Both the position numbers and the translations under genes were made by a program. DNA of 64,000 bases. It comes from Candidatus Pacearchaeota archaeon (lineage in GTDB: Archaea; Nanobdellota; Nanobdellia; Pacearchaeales; UBA284). The notes beneath the pieces were generated by a model, which saw nothing but the letters and a program-made list of their open reading frames with translations, had not been told where the DNA came from and made no database searches. This document shows positions 29,273 through 39,494 of the stretch, one piece after another. Position 1 is the stretch's first letter, and each line of letters starts with the position of its first letter. Location: NCBI GenBank assembly GCA_026395795.1, contig JAPLYB010000040.1, forward strand, positions 5,464-69,463, in the 5' to 3' direction.

Positions 29273-32002
29273 CTATGTTCTTGTTTGTTTGAATCCTTCT
29301 TTAATCTGTTCTTTAGTCCAGCCAGACTCTAAAAGTTCTTGTTCAATCAAGTTCTTGTCTTTTCCTTCTGCAAGGCTTGATTGAATATATCCAACAAGAC
29401 CTATCAAATCATCTGGATTAGCAAATAAACTTCCTCCAGGATTTCCATAATTCTGGCCTAATTCAAATCCTTGAGATGTATCGCCAGAACTCTTTTTTTT
29501 CCATATAAAAAGCAAAACAACAATGACTGCAATAAAAATGACCGCTGCAACTATAATCGGAAGGACGATGCCTGGCTCGCCAGTTCCTCCACCGCCATTA
29601 TTTCCTCCAACATTCAAGGTGCTGAATTCAGGGGATGCATAGAACACAATTTGTGAAAAGTCCTGTGAAGAGGGGATTGCTAGGTTCATCACTTGACTTT
29701 GAGTCAAAGTTATTCCAAGAGCATCACTAAATTCATGGAATTGTAAGTTTTCTTGGGATTTTATCTGTTGTCTAGTAGTTCCAGAAGGTATATTCAAAAC
29801 AAAATAAATATTTTGTGAAGTAGACGGAGAAACTCTTATTATCATCAAACTTATTTCTTGAGTCAATCCATCATCAAATGTAACTCTTTTATTACTCCCG
29901 CCAAGTCTGTAATTAATATCTCCCTGCCAGTTTCCTATTGCATTCTTATACTTATCTTCTAAACTTGAATCATAAAATCCTGCCCCTATATCACTTAAAT
30001 GACTTAAATCAATCTGATCGATATCAGGGAAGTATGTGCTTTCTTGAAAAACAAGCGTGTCATTTATTGCAACAGGAATTTTTAATTCATCAAGTTGTGT
30101 CTTCAAAGCATTAAGATTAGCAGAAGGATTTGTTAACTGAGATTCAATATAACTCAATGCTGCACTGATTTGACTCGCATTATATATCAAATCTTTATAC
30201 CACAAAGAGCTAATTTGGCTTCCGATGCTGTTATACGCACTTTTTTTCTGCATAAGACTTTGATTGACGGTGTCTATTGAGAGAGAAGCATTCACAACAA
30301 AGGTTCCAGTTGCAGTTAATCCAGCAGAATCAGTCACCTTAACAACAAGATTGTGCGGTCCTTCACTATAAGAATGGCTTGCTTCAGGAATAATTGTAGT
30401 CTCACTAGGCGTTCCATCCCAACCCCAGTTATATGATACAATCGGTGTTCCAGCATTTTGTACAGTAACACGAAAAAGAGTGTTGACATTCGGAGCTACA
30501 TTTAGAGGAGTCACGCTTTGCACAACAGGAACACTTGCTACTTTAAAATTGATTATTTGAGATAATGTTCCACTTATGTTTAAACTAAGATGATATACCG
30601 CATTGCTTTGTTCAGGAGCAGTAACATTCATTGCCTTGAATGGAAGTGATTGCTTAGTCATATTTATCTTGGGTTGGGTAACACCAACCTCATAAAGCAA
30701 CTTGCTAGATGATGGTCCCGTAAATTCGGGTTGAAATTCTAATAATAAATTGTTTAGTATTAGGGTTTGTGTAGTTAATGATCTAATCTTCATGGGGATT
30801 ACACACTCATTAGTGCAATTTCCCCCATATCTTGTGTCAATATAATTTTGTATATAAGGTAAAAGCCCAAGCCCATTCTTCCCTATCGTGTTAGTTTCAT
30901 TGAATATTATGTCATCATCAAAGACCGCAAATTTTGCTTCTTTCACATATATTCCATAATCTTCAACAAAATTTTGTGTTGGGGGCGTTCCATAAAATCC
31001 ACATACGGGTGAATGAGACTCTTTTTGTATTTCATACTTTGGTGTAGCAATGTAATGCGAAAGTTTAACACAAACAAAGTAATCACCAGCATGATCAATG
31101 TAAAAGTTGGTTGGTTCTCCAGATTCATCAATACCGATGTCACAACTTACATTTGTAAATGATAAATCCTCTACACTCGTGTTACAATTTCCTTTCTTAT
31201 TTCCCTGTGCATCCCATACAGAAAAATCAATATCATTCTCACCAGAAGGATCTCCCTGAGAGACTCTCAACAAAACAGAGACTTCGAGTAAAGCTGTTTT
31301 ATTTAGTTTAATTTTTTCACAATATGACGTTGTTGTTAATTGAGATGATTGAGTTGCATAAAGAGGATCAAAACAGGAACTTAATCTGGGCTCACCACAC
31401 CAGGAATTATCTATGGCATGATCATATTCGAACTCGCTACTTCCATCGTCTAATAAATCAACTTTAAAAGGAGATTCTCCGCAGACACCTTCCCCTACAT
31501 TTCCAATTCCAGTTACTTCAAAACTCAAATCCACAATTTGGGGGTGCATTCCATTAACCTTTAATCCCAAATATCTTTCTTCATTTCCAAGAGAGAGTAT
31601 CTTCTCTTCTTCGCCACTAGTCGCAGTGTACACTGCAATACAGTCCTGCGAGCAATTGAATATAGCACTAGCATTTCTTAAAAAATCAACAAGAAACATT
31701 TCTTTAACAATAGACCCGGGGTTGATTGTCGCCGTTACGATTGCATCAGCAGGATGATTTGTTAAAGAAAAATTAACAAATCCTTCAAGTACGCTCCCTG
31801 CAGCAAATCCCGATTGGCTTAAATTAAAAAAAGGATCTCCTTTTCCAACAGTTGCTGAACTTAAGTTAATAGATAAAACAGATAAAAAAAGCAGAGATAA
31901 TATTAAGAAAACAGACCATGAGATTCTATAATATAATCTATATCTATTTCTTATAAGACTTTCTTTAATTTTCATACTAGCCTCTTTTTCTAACATAAAC
32001 AT
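29273..32002 (-). CDS. PKD-domain surface protein with C-terminal TM and cytoplasmic helical tail
   Basis: SYNWGWDG...SHSY..G PKD motif; TM near C-terminus; YI...L..G....I...L..SGW tail. Confidence 0.8.
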   Translation of the reverse strand: MFMLEKEASMKIKESLIRNRYRLYYRISWSVFLILSLLFLSVLSINLSSATVGKGDPFFNLSQSGFAAGSVLEGFVNFSLTNHPADAIVTATINPGSIVKEMFLVDFLRNASAIFNCSQDCIAVYTATSGEEEKILSLGNEERYLGLKVNGMHPQIVDLSFEVTGIGNVGEGVCGESPFKVDLLDDGSSEFEYDHAIDNSWCGEPRLSSCFDPLYATQSSQLTTTSYCEKIKLNKTALLEVSVLLRVSQGDPSGENDIDFSVWDAQGNKKGNCNTSVEDLSFTNVSCDIGIDESGEPTNFYIDHAGDYFVCVKLSHYIATPKYEIQKESHSPVCGFYGTPPTQNFVEDYGIYVKEAKFAVFDDDIIFNETNTIGKNGLGLLPYIQNYIDTRYGGNCTNECVIPMKIRSLTTQTLILNNLLLEFQPEFTGPSSSKLLYEVGVTQPKINMTKQSLPFKAMNVTAPEQSNAVYHLSLNISGTLSQIINFKVASVPVVQSVTPLNVAPNVNTLFRVTVQNAGTPIVSYNWGWDGTPSETTIIPEASHSYSEGPHNLVVKVTDSAGLTATGTFVVNASLSIDTVNQSLMQKKSAYNSIGSQISSLWYKDLIYNASQISAALSYIESQLTNPSANLNALKTQLDELKIPVAINDTLVFQESTYFPDIDQIDLSHLSDIGAGFYDSSLEDKYKNAIGNWQGDINYRLGGSNKRVTFDDGLTQEISLMIIRVSPSTSQNIYFVLNIPSGTTRQQIKSQENLQFHEFSDALGITLTQSQVMNLAIPSSQDFSQIVFYASPEFSTLNVGGNNGGGGTGEPGIVLPIIVAAVIFIAVIVVLLFIWKKKSSGDTSQGFELGQNYGNPGGSLFANPDDLIGLVGYIQSSLAEGKDKNLIEQELLESGWTKEQIKEGFKQTRT

Positions 32003-32148
32003 AATTTAATAATATAAAAACTCTTCGATTTCTTGAATTAATAAGTTATCATATTATTAATATTAACTGATTTGATTATTGACCTTAGTTTTTTGTGATA
32101 TCTTTTAATCTAGTCTTATTTTATTCCTCTTATTGTATCTCTAATTAT

Positions 32149-35100
32149 TTATATTATATTTATAATTCTTTTTTTCTTCTTGATAATAAAAAATGAATAA
32201 TACGCAGCAAGCAATCCCAAGACAATTAATATTTGCCAAGGTGCAAAGAAAGGCATCCTCTCAGTCTCAACTCCGCATCTCACACATGAAGTTTGATCTG
32301 GTAAAAAGCAAGTTCCAGGATTTGTTGCATTACTATATTGATAAATCACCATCTTTTTATTTGTTCCACATGCTCCGATGCTACATTCTTCAACTGTAAG
32401 ATTAAGTGTACACGCTTGTGAACCACCACTACCGCCTCCTGAAGACAAATTAAAGCTTAGTTGGCATGCATTTGCCTTCCAAATACAGTTACAATCGTAC
32501 GCACCAGAAGGTGCTCCTGGACATCCTGATCCGATTTCGCAGGCATCCTGAAGAGGAGATGTTGTTTTTTCACATGCACTTCTGTTAATATAATTACTAC
32601 AAGATATTGGTGTTCCGTTTACCGCAAAACAACGTTCACAATGATAAGAGTCATTAAGCGGGGGATTTCTTCCCAAATCCCAGAAGCAAGTGAATTGGTT
32701 GTTGTTACCTTGACAATTGCCAGGAGAATTGCTATGTAGCATATCATGACAAACATCAATCCCTCCCCCAGCACATTTATTATAGTTTTGTTTAGTTGGA
32801 TCTGTTATGCATGTTCCATGTGCAGAATTGCATGTACAACCATGACTATCACAAGCAAACATAAATCTGCCATGAGTCGCGCTCTCTGCTTCACAAAAAC
32901 GCCCAGTTCCGTCACCAATGCAAGATCCACAAAGAGTTCCATCATCACAAAAACAAGGTCGATTGCCAGAAGATTGATAAATTCCGTTGAAAATGTATAT
33001 TCCATTTCCAGTTAAGCTGAAACTTATGTTTCCAGGAGTTGTGTAATATGAAGCCACGTTTCTAAATTCTATAGTAAATACAGCAGGCCATCCAAAATTT
33101 CCATCATACTCATATTTTGTTTCATTATTTCCAGAGGCAACTATTCTAGATTCGTTCCAAATTCTTATAAGGGCATTTATGAATTCCCCCTCTTCGTTTC
33201 TTGCAAATACAATAATTGTTGCATTGTTCATAGGATCTTTTGTATAAATCCCAGTATAGTTTGTGTCTTCTATTAGATTAAGTAAGATATCAGATGGTTT
33301 ATACCAAGGTGAAGCATCTCCAAAAGAAATGTTTTCCCATCCAGACTCAGTCATTTTCCATTTAGGCGTTTTCCCCCAAGGAGTTCCATTTACAGAGACT
33401 GCCCCATTTATTGTAAAGTTTTCACACTTTCCATTTAGATTTTCATCTCCACAAGTGTATAAAGAAAGGTTAAACATAAACGGCACCGGTGCTCCTGCAA
33501 AAACAAATGTGCCAAAACTTCCAATCTTTTCTCCAATCTGATTTGCAGAATTTGTTCCATTATATAATGCCGCTTTTGTAACATTCATGTCTCTGCCAGC
33601 ACATTTCTGAGAAATAGACGAGATTGTCCAATTTGAATAGAAAGATCCCCCAAATCCAGGGCCATATGTTTTACGGATATAAGTAGAATTTCTTAAAGAT
33701 ACTTTACAAGGATCCCCATTGGGGTGTTCTGGATCTAGAATTTCAGTTGCATTCAATTCTATCTTATTGACTTTATCAGGAGTGCATGCAGTCATATTTT
33801 CAACAGAAATATTTATCGTGATATTATTCCCAACTTTACAACTTCCAGACTCACCAGTACAATATATATCCAGGATATTTGCATTTGTTATATTGCAGAC
33901 AAATCTAGATAATCCACAAGTCTTTGTACATCCAGTTGTTCCAGTATCATTCCAGCCATCTGGCTTGTCACAGAAGTTGTTGTCTCCTGTACTGCCGAAC
34001 CAATCAGGGAAATAATCACCTGAAAGAAAATCAATGTACGTATTATTGCAGATTTTATTATTATTTATTGTTGATTTTGAAAGTATAGAGCGTATTCCAC
34101 TGCTTCCAGCATTAATTATTGTGTTGTTCAGAATAGAATTATTCATTGCATTCCTTAGATAAATTCCTGAACCAAAACTATTATTGATGATATTGTTAAA
34201 TATAATATTATTGCTTCCACCAAGCAAGAGGCCATAATAAAAATGATTGATTATACAATTCTTAACAGTAGCATTTGATGTACCGTGAAAATCAATCGCT
34301 CCTCCTTGAGTATAGAATCCTCTAGTCCCATTAATAGTGTGTCCCTGACAATCAAAGACCTTGTTGTTAAAAGAATAATCAAGGCACCTTTCATCATTTG
34401 TGTTTATGTTGCTAGTTAAATTCACAGTGATGCAAGAGGGATCAGTCAAATTTTGTTTACAGCCAAGACAGCTATTGCAGATGCATATTCTTGGTTGCTG
34501 ATTATTTGTACATCCTGAAAGATCATAACTCAAACAATCAGAATGACAAGATAAACTCCCCCCCGTGTAACCGAAATCCAAACAGGTTTTTCCAGAAAGG
34601 TTTGATCCATCACAAATCTCTAGAGGTTCAATGATATTATTTCCGCATACCGGCCCAGGCAATGGAGAAACAATAAGAGTATTTTTCTCTGATTCAACAA
34701 GACTGCCTATTTCTCGTATTAACGCAACACAACTCCAGATATAACTCTCTTGTTGACCTGTTTTAGGCAGGATAACATTCTCAAAAACATTTTCCTCTAG
34801 ACCAGGAGAGATTATTCTTTCTGCATGTCTCCCTCCTCCCCAAGAACCATAAAGGGTAACATAAGTTGGAGGTTCATTTATTCCGTAAACATCGCATTTA
34901 AAGTCGGTTGGCGTTCCTTCCAAAACCCGAGTATTATTTTCTGGAGAGATTAATACCACGATTGGATTTGTTATTTCAACGCATGCCCCGTTTCGACAGA
35001 CTTTTTTAGTTCCACAATCTTCTTTATGGTTGCCCCCGCAACCATTACAATCGTAGACTTTGTTATTTTTGCAAGTTTTATAAGAATCTAATTTGCCAGT

Positions 35101-36111
35101 ACAATCAATAGCTTCTTTTGATAAACCAACAAACAAACATTCATTGCCCAGAGGAAAAAAAGTATTTTTTAAAGATGGATCAAAATTGCTGCCTGTCTCT
35201 GGATTAATTGAGCATCTATAGCCCTGAGAACCATATAATGAAAGACAAGAATTAAGTATGCGGGTTGGACTATACAAACATTGGAAATTGCCTTTACCAT
35301 TACAGTCTACTTTATTCTGATCACATCCATTGCCTGAAGAATCTTGCAATTGCATGCATGTGGCTCGATCAGCAACAAATGCCTTATCATAATCAATATA
35401 ATTGCCTTTTATGGTATTGCCCATAGCACCATCATCTCTTAAAACAATTCCCACTCCTCCCTGACCAGGAGTTTGTTTTATAACGTTGTAACTCACAATA
35501 TTGTTATCTGCTTTTGAACCCCAAAGATAAATTCCACGGTATTTTGCATTTATAATTAAATTCCGTATTATATTTGTGTTAACACAATCTACTAGAAAAA
35601 TTCCATTTTCTCCAGCATCGGTTATTTTGTTTTGAGTAATTAAATATCCCCCTTTCTCACAGGATGTAATTTGGATGCCGTGCATTTTAGAATCACTAAT
35701 AACATTATTTTCAATAGTCACATTTGGACTTTGCCCATTATTAATATAAATACCAACATCCCATCCCTGCAAGGAACAATTTTTAATGGCAACATCATTA
35801 GAATATATCCACACACCCGCATTTGACTTAGTATAACCCCCATATATGATAGAATGCCCTTGACAATCCAACATTCTTGGACAAGGGTCATACAGTGAAT
35901 GTACCGTAATCCCATAATCAACCTCGGATCCGCAATTTAAATTTCTAGTAAGGTAATTTCTCCCACAACCAAGTTCAAAATGGCATCCTGTAACTTCTGT
36001 ATCTGCTAACACAATCACAATATTGTTAATAAAAATCACAACCAATAATACAAAAACAAATGAAGCAAAAACAGATAATTTTGACGCCTTTTTCCTTTCC
36101 TCTTTTACCAT
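32149..36111 (-). CDS. Large surface protein with parallel beta-helix (NosD/pectin-lyase-like) repeats, Ig-like and Cys-rich segments, C-terminal PFF-TM-basic tail
   Basis: DCQGHSI, NN.I.N GI.L repeats; CGNNIIEP.E.CDG; MPFFAPWQILIVLGLLAAYYSFFIIKKKKR. Confidence 0.85.
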   Translation of the reverse strand: MVKEERKKASKLSVFASFVFVLLVVIFINNIVIVLADTEVTGCHFELGCGRNYLTRNLNCGSEVDYGITVHSLYDPCPRMLDCQGHSIIYGGYTKSNAGVWIYSNDVAIKNCSLQGWDVGIYINNGQSPNVTIENNVISDSKMHGIQITSCEKGGYLITQNKITDAGENGIFLVDCVNTNIIRNLIINAKYRGIYLWGSKADNNIVSYNVIKQTPGQGGVGIVLRDDGAMGNTIKGNYIDYDKAFVADRATCMQLQDSSGNGCDQNKVDCNGKGNFQCLYSPTRILNSCLSLYGSQGYRCSINPETGSNFDPSLKNTFFPLGNECLFVGLSKEAIDCTGKLDSYKTCKNNKVYDCNGCGGNHKEDCGTKKVCRNGACVEITNPIVVLISPENNTRVLEGTPTDFKCDVYGINEPPTYVTLYGSWGGGRHAERIISPGLEENVFENVILPKTGQQESYIWSCVALIREIGSLVESEKNTLIVSPLPGPVCGNNIIEPLEICDGSNLSGKTCLDFGYTGGSLSCHSDCLSYDLSGCTNNQQPRICICNSCLGCKQNLTDPSCITVNLTSNINTNDERCLDYSFNNKVFDCQGHTINGTRGFYTQGGAIDFHGTSNATVKNCIINHFYYGLLLGGSNNIIFNNIINNSFGSGIYLRNAMNNSILNNTIINAGSSGIRSILSKSTINNNKICNNTYIDFLSGDYFPDWFGSTGDNNFCDKPDGWNDTGTTGCTKTCGLSRFVCNITNANILDIYCTGESGSCKVGNNITINISVENMTACTPDKVNKIELNATEILDPEHPNGDPCKVSLRNSTYIRKTYGPGFGGSFYSNWTISSISQKCAGRDMNVTKAALYNGTNSANQIGEKIGSFGTFVFAGAPVPFMFNLSLYTCGDENLNGKCENFTINGAVSVNGTPWGKTPKWKMTESGWENISFGDASPWYKPSDILLNLIEDTNYTGIYTKDPMNNATIIVFARNEEGEFINALIRIWNESRIVASGNNETKYEYDGNFGWPAVFTIEFRNVASYYTTPGNISFSLTGNGIYIFNGIYQSSGNRPCFCDDGTLCGSCIGDGTGRFCEAESATHGRFMFACDSHGCTCNSAHGTCITDPTKQNYNKCAGGGIDVCHDMLHSNSPGNCQGNNNQFTCFWDLGRNPPLNDSYHCERCFAVNGTPISCSNYINRSACEKTTSPLQDACEIGSGCPGAPSGAYDCNCIWKANACQLSFNLSSGGGSGGSQACTLNLTVEECSIGACGTNKKMVIYQYSNATNPGTCFLPDQTSCVRCGVETERMPFFAPWQILIVLGLLAAYYSFFIIKKKKRIINII

Positions 36112-36151
36112 CTTTCTTATAAGAATAAAGGGTTTATAAAAATGACGAAAA
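36098..36151. repeat. 54-bp perfect direct repeat, copy 1 (promoter and start codon of the 1320-aa gene)
   Basis: TCCTCTTTTACCATCTTTCTTATAAGAATAAAGGGTTTATAAAAATGACGAAAA; identical at 37444-37497. Confidence 0.92.
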
Positions 36152-36252
36152 TCAAAAGATTTTCGGACATGCAGAAAAATCTCATTTTTCTAGCATTTAT
36201 ATTTTTTACCAATTAACAGAAATTAATATGACAAAAATCTCGCACAATGAAT

Positions 36253-36504
36253 TCACACTTCCCAAACAGTTTCTTTCTCATTTATCTTTTCAAAAACTTT
36301 TTTTATATCTACTATTTCTATAGTCTTTTTACCATTGATAGCTGCCTCTTTTGCCAAAAGTTCGATTATTTTAATTATGAATTCATTAAAATACTTGTTT
36401 AAAGATTCTGCTGCTTTTTTCTTTATTCGTATATCTTTCTTATGAATCCTGCTTAAAACATTCCTTTTAATTAACAGATTATTTAAATTTTCTTTATTTT
36501 TCAT
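36253..36504 (-). CDS. Archaeal histone-fold protein (divergent HMf-like)
   Basis: RIKKKAAESL...IIELLAKEAAINGKKTIEIVDI matches the HMf pattern RIS.DA...L...A.HAGRKTIK.EDI. Confidence 0.72.
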   Translation of the reverse strand: MKNKENLNNLLIKRNVLSRIHKKDIRIKKKAAESLNKYFNEFIIKIIELLAKEAAINGKKTIEIVDIKKVFEKINEKETVWEV

Positions 36505-36510
36505 TTTTAA

Positions 36511-37065
36511 TTAATGCATTAGAATGTAACTTTTCTTATATTTTATTTTAAGATTATTAAAAAATTCTTCGAATAAACTATCTGCAAAAATAGGAACAGT
36601 AAATGCTTGATTAACAATCCACTCGCCATTGTTTTTTTTAACCATTCCAGGTTTTCCCTTTTTTCCTCTTAAAGCATTAACAACTTTGACTTTATTTGAA
36701 GCAGATAAAGAAGATAAACTATAAGAGAATAAAACTCTGCTTGAAAATTTTAAATTTTCAGACAAAGATTTTTTGTTTTTTATGCTATATCCCTCTCTTA
36801 AAAGAGCATTTATTAATAAATGCGGATTAATAAAAAAGTCTTTTGCAGTAACAACGCTAATATGGAATTGATCAATCTTCTGTATATTATCCAGTATATC
36901 CCTTGTAGGAGAATGATAAAACAAGACAGCAAGATCTATATCTCTTGGAAGAGATTTGCCTTTTACAGCAGATCCAAACACAATTAAGTCTATTACTTCT
37001 TTATTACTAAGTAAAAAACCCAATTTATTTTTTATTTTTGATATAATCTCTGATTTCATAAGCAT
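36511..37065 (-). CDS. MNT antitoxin with C-terminal ferredoxin-like (Cas2/VapD-like) extension
   Basis: IVFGSAVKGKSLPRDIDLAV; C-terminal LFSYSL...K.KV...L.G. Confidence 0.8.
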   Translation of the reverse strand: MLMKSEIISKIKNKLGFLLSNKEVIDLIVFGSAVKGKSLPRDIDLAVLFYHSPTRDILDNIQKIDQFHISVVTAKDFFINPHLLINALLREGYSIKNKKSLSENLKFSSRVLFSYSLSSLSASNKVKVVNALRGKKGKPGMVKKNNGEWIVNQAFTVPIFADSLFEEFFNNLKIKYKKSYILMH

Positions 37066-37357
37066 ATTTTTTCAGATTTAAACCATCTGTTTTATTTAAT
37101 TTTTGATTATATGACTGGGTGTAGGTTTTGAATAAACTAGAAATTTTGTTATAAATTTCTTTAAAATGAGTATTCAATAAAGAAAATCGATCTACATGAT
37201 TTTTAGGCAAAATTTTAATTTCTTTATAAATTAAGTAATCACAAAAAATAACAATTGCTTTAAAAAAATCAGAAACAGCAACATTAAATCTGTTTTTTTC
37301 TAAATTTTCTTCACCAGATTTTAAAAATTCTTCAGCAGTGTTTAATAAATCTTCCAT
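37025..37357 (-). CDS. HEPN-domain protein
   Basis: AEEFLKSG..., A..FFKA, PKNH..RF; overlaps the MNT gene. Confidence 0.78.
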   Translation of the reverse strand: MEDLLNTAEEFLKSGEENLEKNRFNVAVSDFFKAIVIFCDYLIYKEIKILPKNHVDRFSLLNTHFKEIYNKISSLFKTYTQSYNQKLNKTDGLNLKKYAYEIRDYIKNKK

Positions 37358-37443
37358 TAATATATTAATCTATTTTGCTATTTATAAACTTTTCGGTTAA
37401 TGCATTAATCGGATAGGTCTAAGTGCTCACTCGCTTCTTCCGA

Positions 37444-37497
37444 TCCTCTTTTACCATCTTTCTTATAAGAATAAAGGGTTTATAAAAATGACGAAAA
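37444..37497. repeat. 54-bp perfect direct repeat, copy 2
   Basis: Identical to 36098-36151; opens only a 12-codon remnant MVKEDRKKRVST*. Confidence 0.92.
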
Positions 37498-37532
37498 CTT
37501 AGATGGGTTTATGATTGATTAAGTTATGCAAA

Positions 37533-38147
37533 TCATACAAACAATTTTATTCCAGAGATAAGCTCTACCCAGTTACAAGAATTGACTAAGACTATATGAT
37601 CTTTTAAAATTTGTTTTGCAAATCCATCTTCTTTACGAAGTGCATCAATAAAATTTTCCTTAGTAACAAACCTTATTGAAGGCTTATTCTTAATAGTTAT
37701 AAAACAGTTTTCAACTGCTTTTTCAACTTTTTTTCTGGTTTGAGTTTCTGCAATAATCAAAAGATCCAAATCACTTTCTTTGGTTTCGCTATATCTTGAA
37801 AAAGAACCAAAAACTAGTGCACAAGAGATATAATCTGAAACTTCATTTTCAAATTGAAAAAAAGGGCCTTTTAATTCTTTGTGTTTTTCTAAAAACTTTA
37901 ATCTTTTTTCTTCTTCAATTAAAGAAAAAATAATCTTTCCAGTCACACTAAACTCCGGTTTTATGATTCTTAATGGAGGTTCAATTTTTTGAGAGATTAT
38001 TTTTGCATCTAATAATTCATTGATGTATCTATACCCTATTTTTTGAGACACTTTTGCTTTTTTCAGCAAATCAGATATTCTGATATTAAAACTTTCATAA
38101 ACAATCTTCAAAAGATTATACTTCGCTTTTGAAATTGGGAATATCAT
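37533..38147 (-). CDS. HTH + MNT antitoxin
   Basis: N-terminal HTH; VFGSFSRYSETKESDLDLLII. Confidence 0.87.
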   Translation of the reverse strand: MIFPISKAKYNLLKIVYESFNIRISDLLKKAKVSQKIGYRYINELLDAKIISQKIEPPLRIIKPEFSVTGKIIFSLIEEEKRLKFLEKHKELKGPFFQFENEVSDYISCALVFGSFSRYSETKESDLDLLIIAETQTRKKVEKAVENCFITIKNKPSIRFVTKENFIDALRKEDGFAKQILKDHIVLVNSCNWVELISGIKLFV

Positions 38148-38653
38148 TCAAAACACCTCTTTTCTACAAAAGAAACAAATTCTTTTGTAAAATTATATAT
38201 CTTTGAAGCATCTTCTTTAGATAATTGTTTCCATTTTGTTACATCATATTGACCAATTTTTCTTAAAGAATAAGAAATTTCAAAACCGGTAAAATCAGAA
38301 AACTTTGTGCTTATCTTTCTAAGATTTTCATAAATATTTTGTGGAACTAAATCAAAATTTTTTAATGCTAAAATAGCACAAAAATGATCTTTAGAATAAA
38401 AACCTTGGAATTTAATTAGCAAAGCATTTATTGCATGATGAATGGCGTAATACGCTTTTATCACAACCCAATCCCAAGCTTCATTTTCATAATCTACCAA
38501 AATTTGAGATAGATCACTTTTAGCTTTTTCCAAATGAAGATTAAATTCTTCTTTTGAAACAAGGATATACTTTTTTAATTTTCTACAATTGCAAAATCCC
38601 TTGCTAATCGACTCTTTATTTTTTGGAAGTGTCGAAATAATATTATCTATCAT
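38144..38653 (-). CDS. HEPN-domain protein
   Basis: HLEKAKSDL, W...KAYYAIHHA, SKDH.C, LR...QY. Confidence 0.85.
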   Translation of the reverse strand: MIDNIISTLPKNKESISKGFCNCRKLKKYILVSKEEFNLHLEKAKSDLSQILVDYENEAWDWVVIKAYYAIHHAINALLIKFQGFYSKDHFCAILALKNFDLVPQNIYENLRKISTKFSDFTGFEISYSLRKIGQYDVTKWKQLSKEDASKIYNFTKEFVSFVEKRCFE

Positions 38654-38725
38654 GGATAATTGTGTCTATTGCGATATATAAATCTATCTATCTCAATCTA
38701 AACTTCTCTGAAGAATAAAAAATAA

Positions 38726-39481
38726 CTAAATTAAAAATTCCTTCAGCATCTCTTCTTCAGAAAAATGCATTTCGCTTGGAATTATAAGACAAAAAGGTTC
38801 TTCTGCTTCAATTTTGCCTTTTTCTATATTAGAAACAATATCTTTCATATTTCCATAAAAAATCTTTTGATTTTTAGTTCCCCCACGTGACATGATCACT
38901 ATGTTCTTATCAATAAGCTCTCCTTGCGAAGCTTCATTCAATTCTTTTATGGTTTCTTTCAAACTTAGCCCAATGTCAACAAGCACAAGAGAATGCGCTT
39001 TTATTGAAAGATTTTCTTTGATTATATCAAAAAAGCTTGTTGGTTTAAAATTATCCTGCCATTTTGGAATGCTGGTTGTCTTGCCGAATTTATAAAGCTG
39101 CAAACCAGTTTGTGAAATTGCATTGAAAACAGAAGCATTATGCAGCACCTCTGTCTTTAATCTTAACTTTCTTGCTTCCTTAAGAACAGTCATGTGTGTT
39201 GTAGCAGCGAGAGGGTCTCCATAAACAAGAATAGATGTATCAACCATCTTTGCTTCCATCAATATCTTATTTAGTTTATTTTCCATCAATTCTCTATTAG
39301 CAATAGAAATCTCTATTCTCTTCCCAACTATCTTGAACAAAAATTCTTCAAGTTCTTTCAAAGAATAGGGAAATCCGATTGTATAGGCCTCTATATAGAC
39401 TTTTTTTGATCTCTCAATTCTTTCAATAGCTTTCAGACTTAAATCATTTAAATCAAGCCCCAATCCTATTAAATACAACAT
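38726..39481 (-). CDS. dph5: Diphthine synthase
   Basis: MLYLIGLGL, GDPLAATTH, NAS, GLQLYKFGKTTSIP, HSLVLVD. Confidence 0.95.
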   Translation of the reverse strand: MLYLIGLGLDLNDLSLKAIERIERSKKVYIEAYTIGFPYSLKELEEFLFKIVGKRIEISIANRELMENKLNKILMEAKMVDTSILVYGDPLAATTHMTVLKEARKLRLKTEVLHNASVFNAISQTGLQLYKFGKTTSIPKWQDNFKPTSFFDIIKENLSIKAHSLVLVDIGLSLKETIKELNEASQGELIDKNIVIMSRGGTKNQKIFYGNMKDIVSNIEKGKIEAEEPFCLIIPSEMHFSEEEMLKEFLI

Positions 39482-39494
39482 TTTGTTTCTTATC

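Noticed and set aside
36511-36750. cas2 gene
   Set aside because: The ferredoxin-like segment is fused to an MNT, with no cas1 or array nearby
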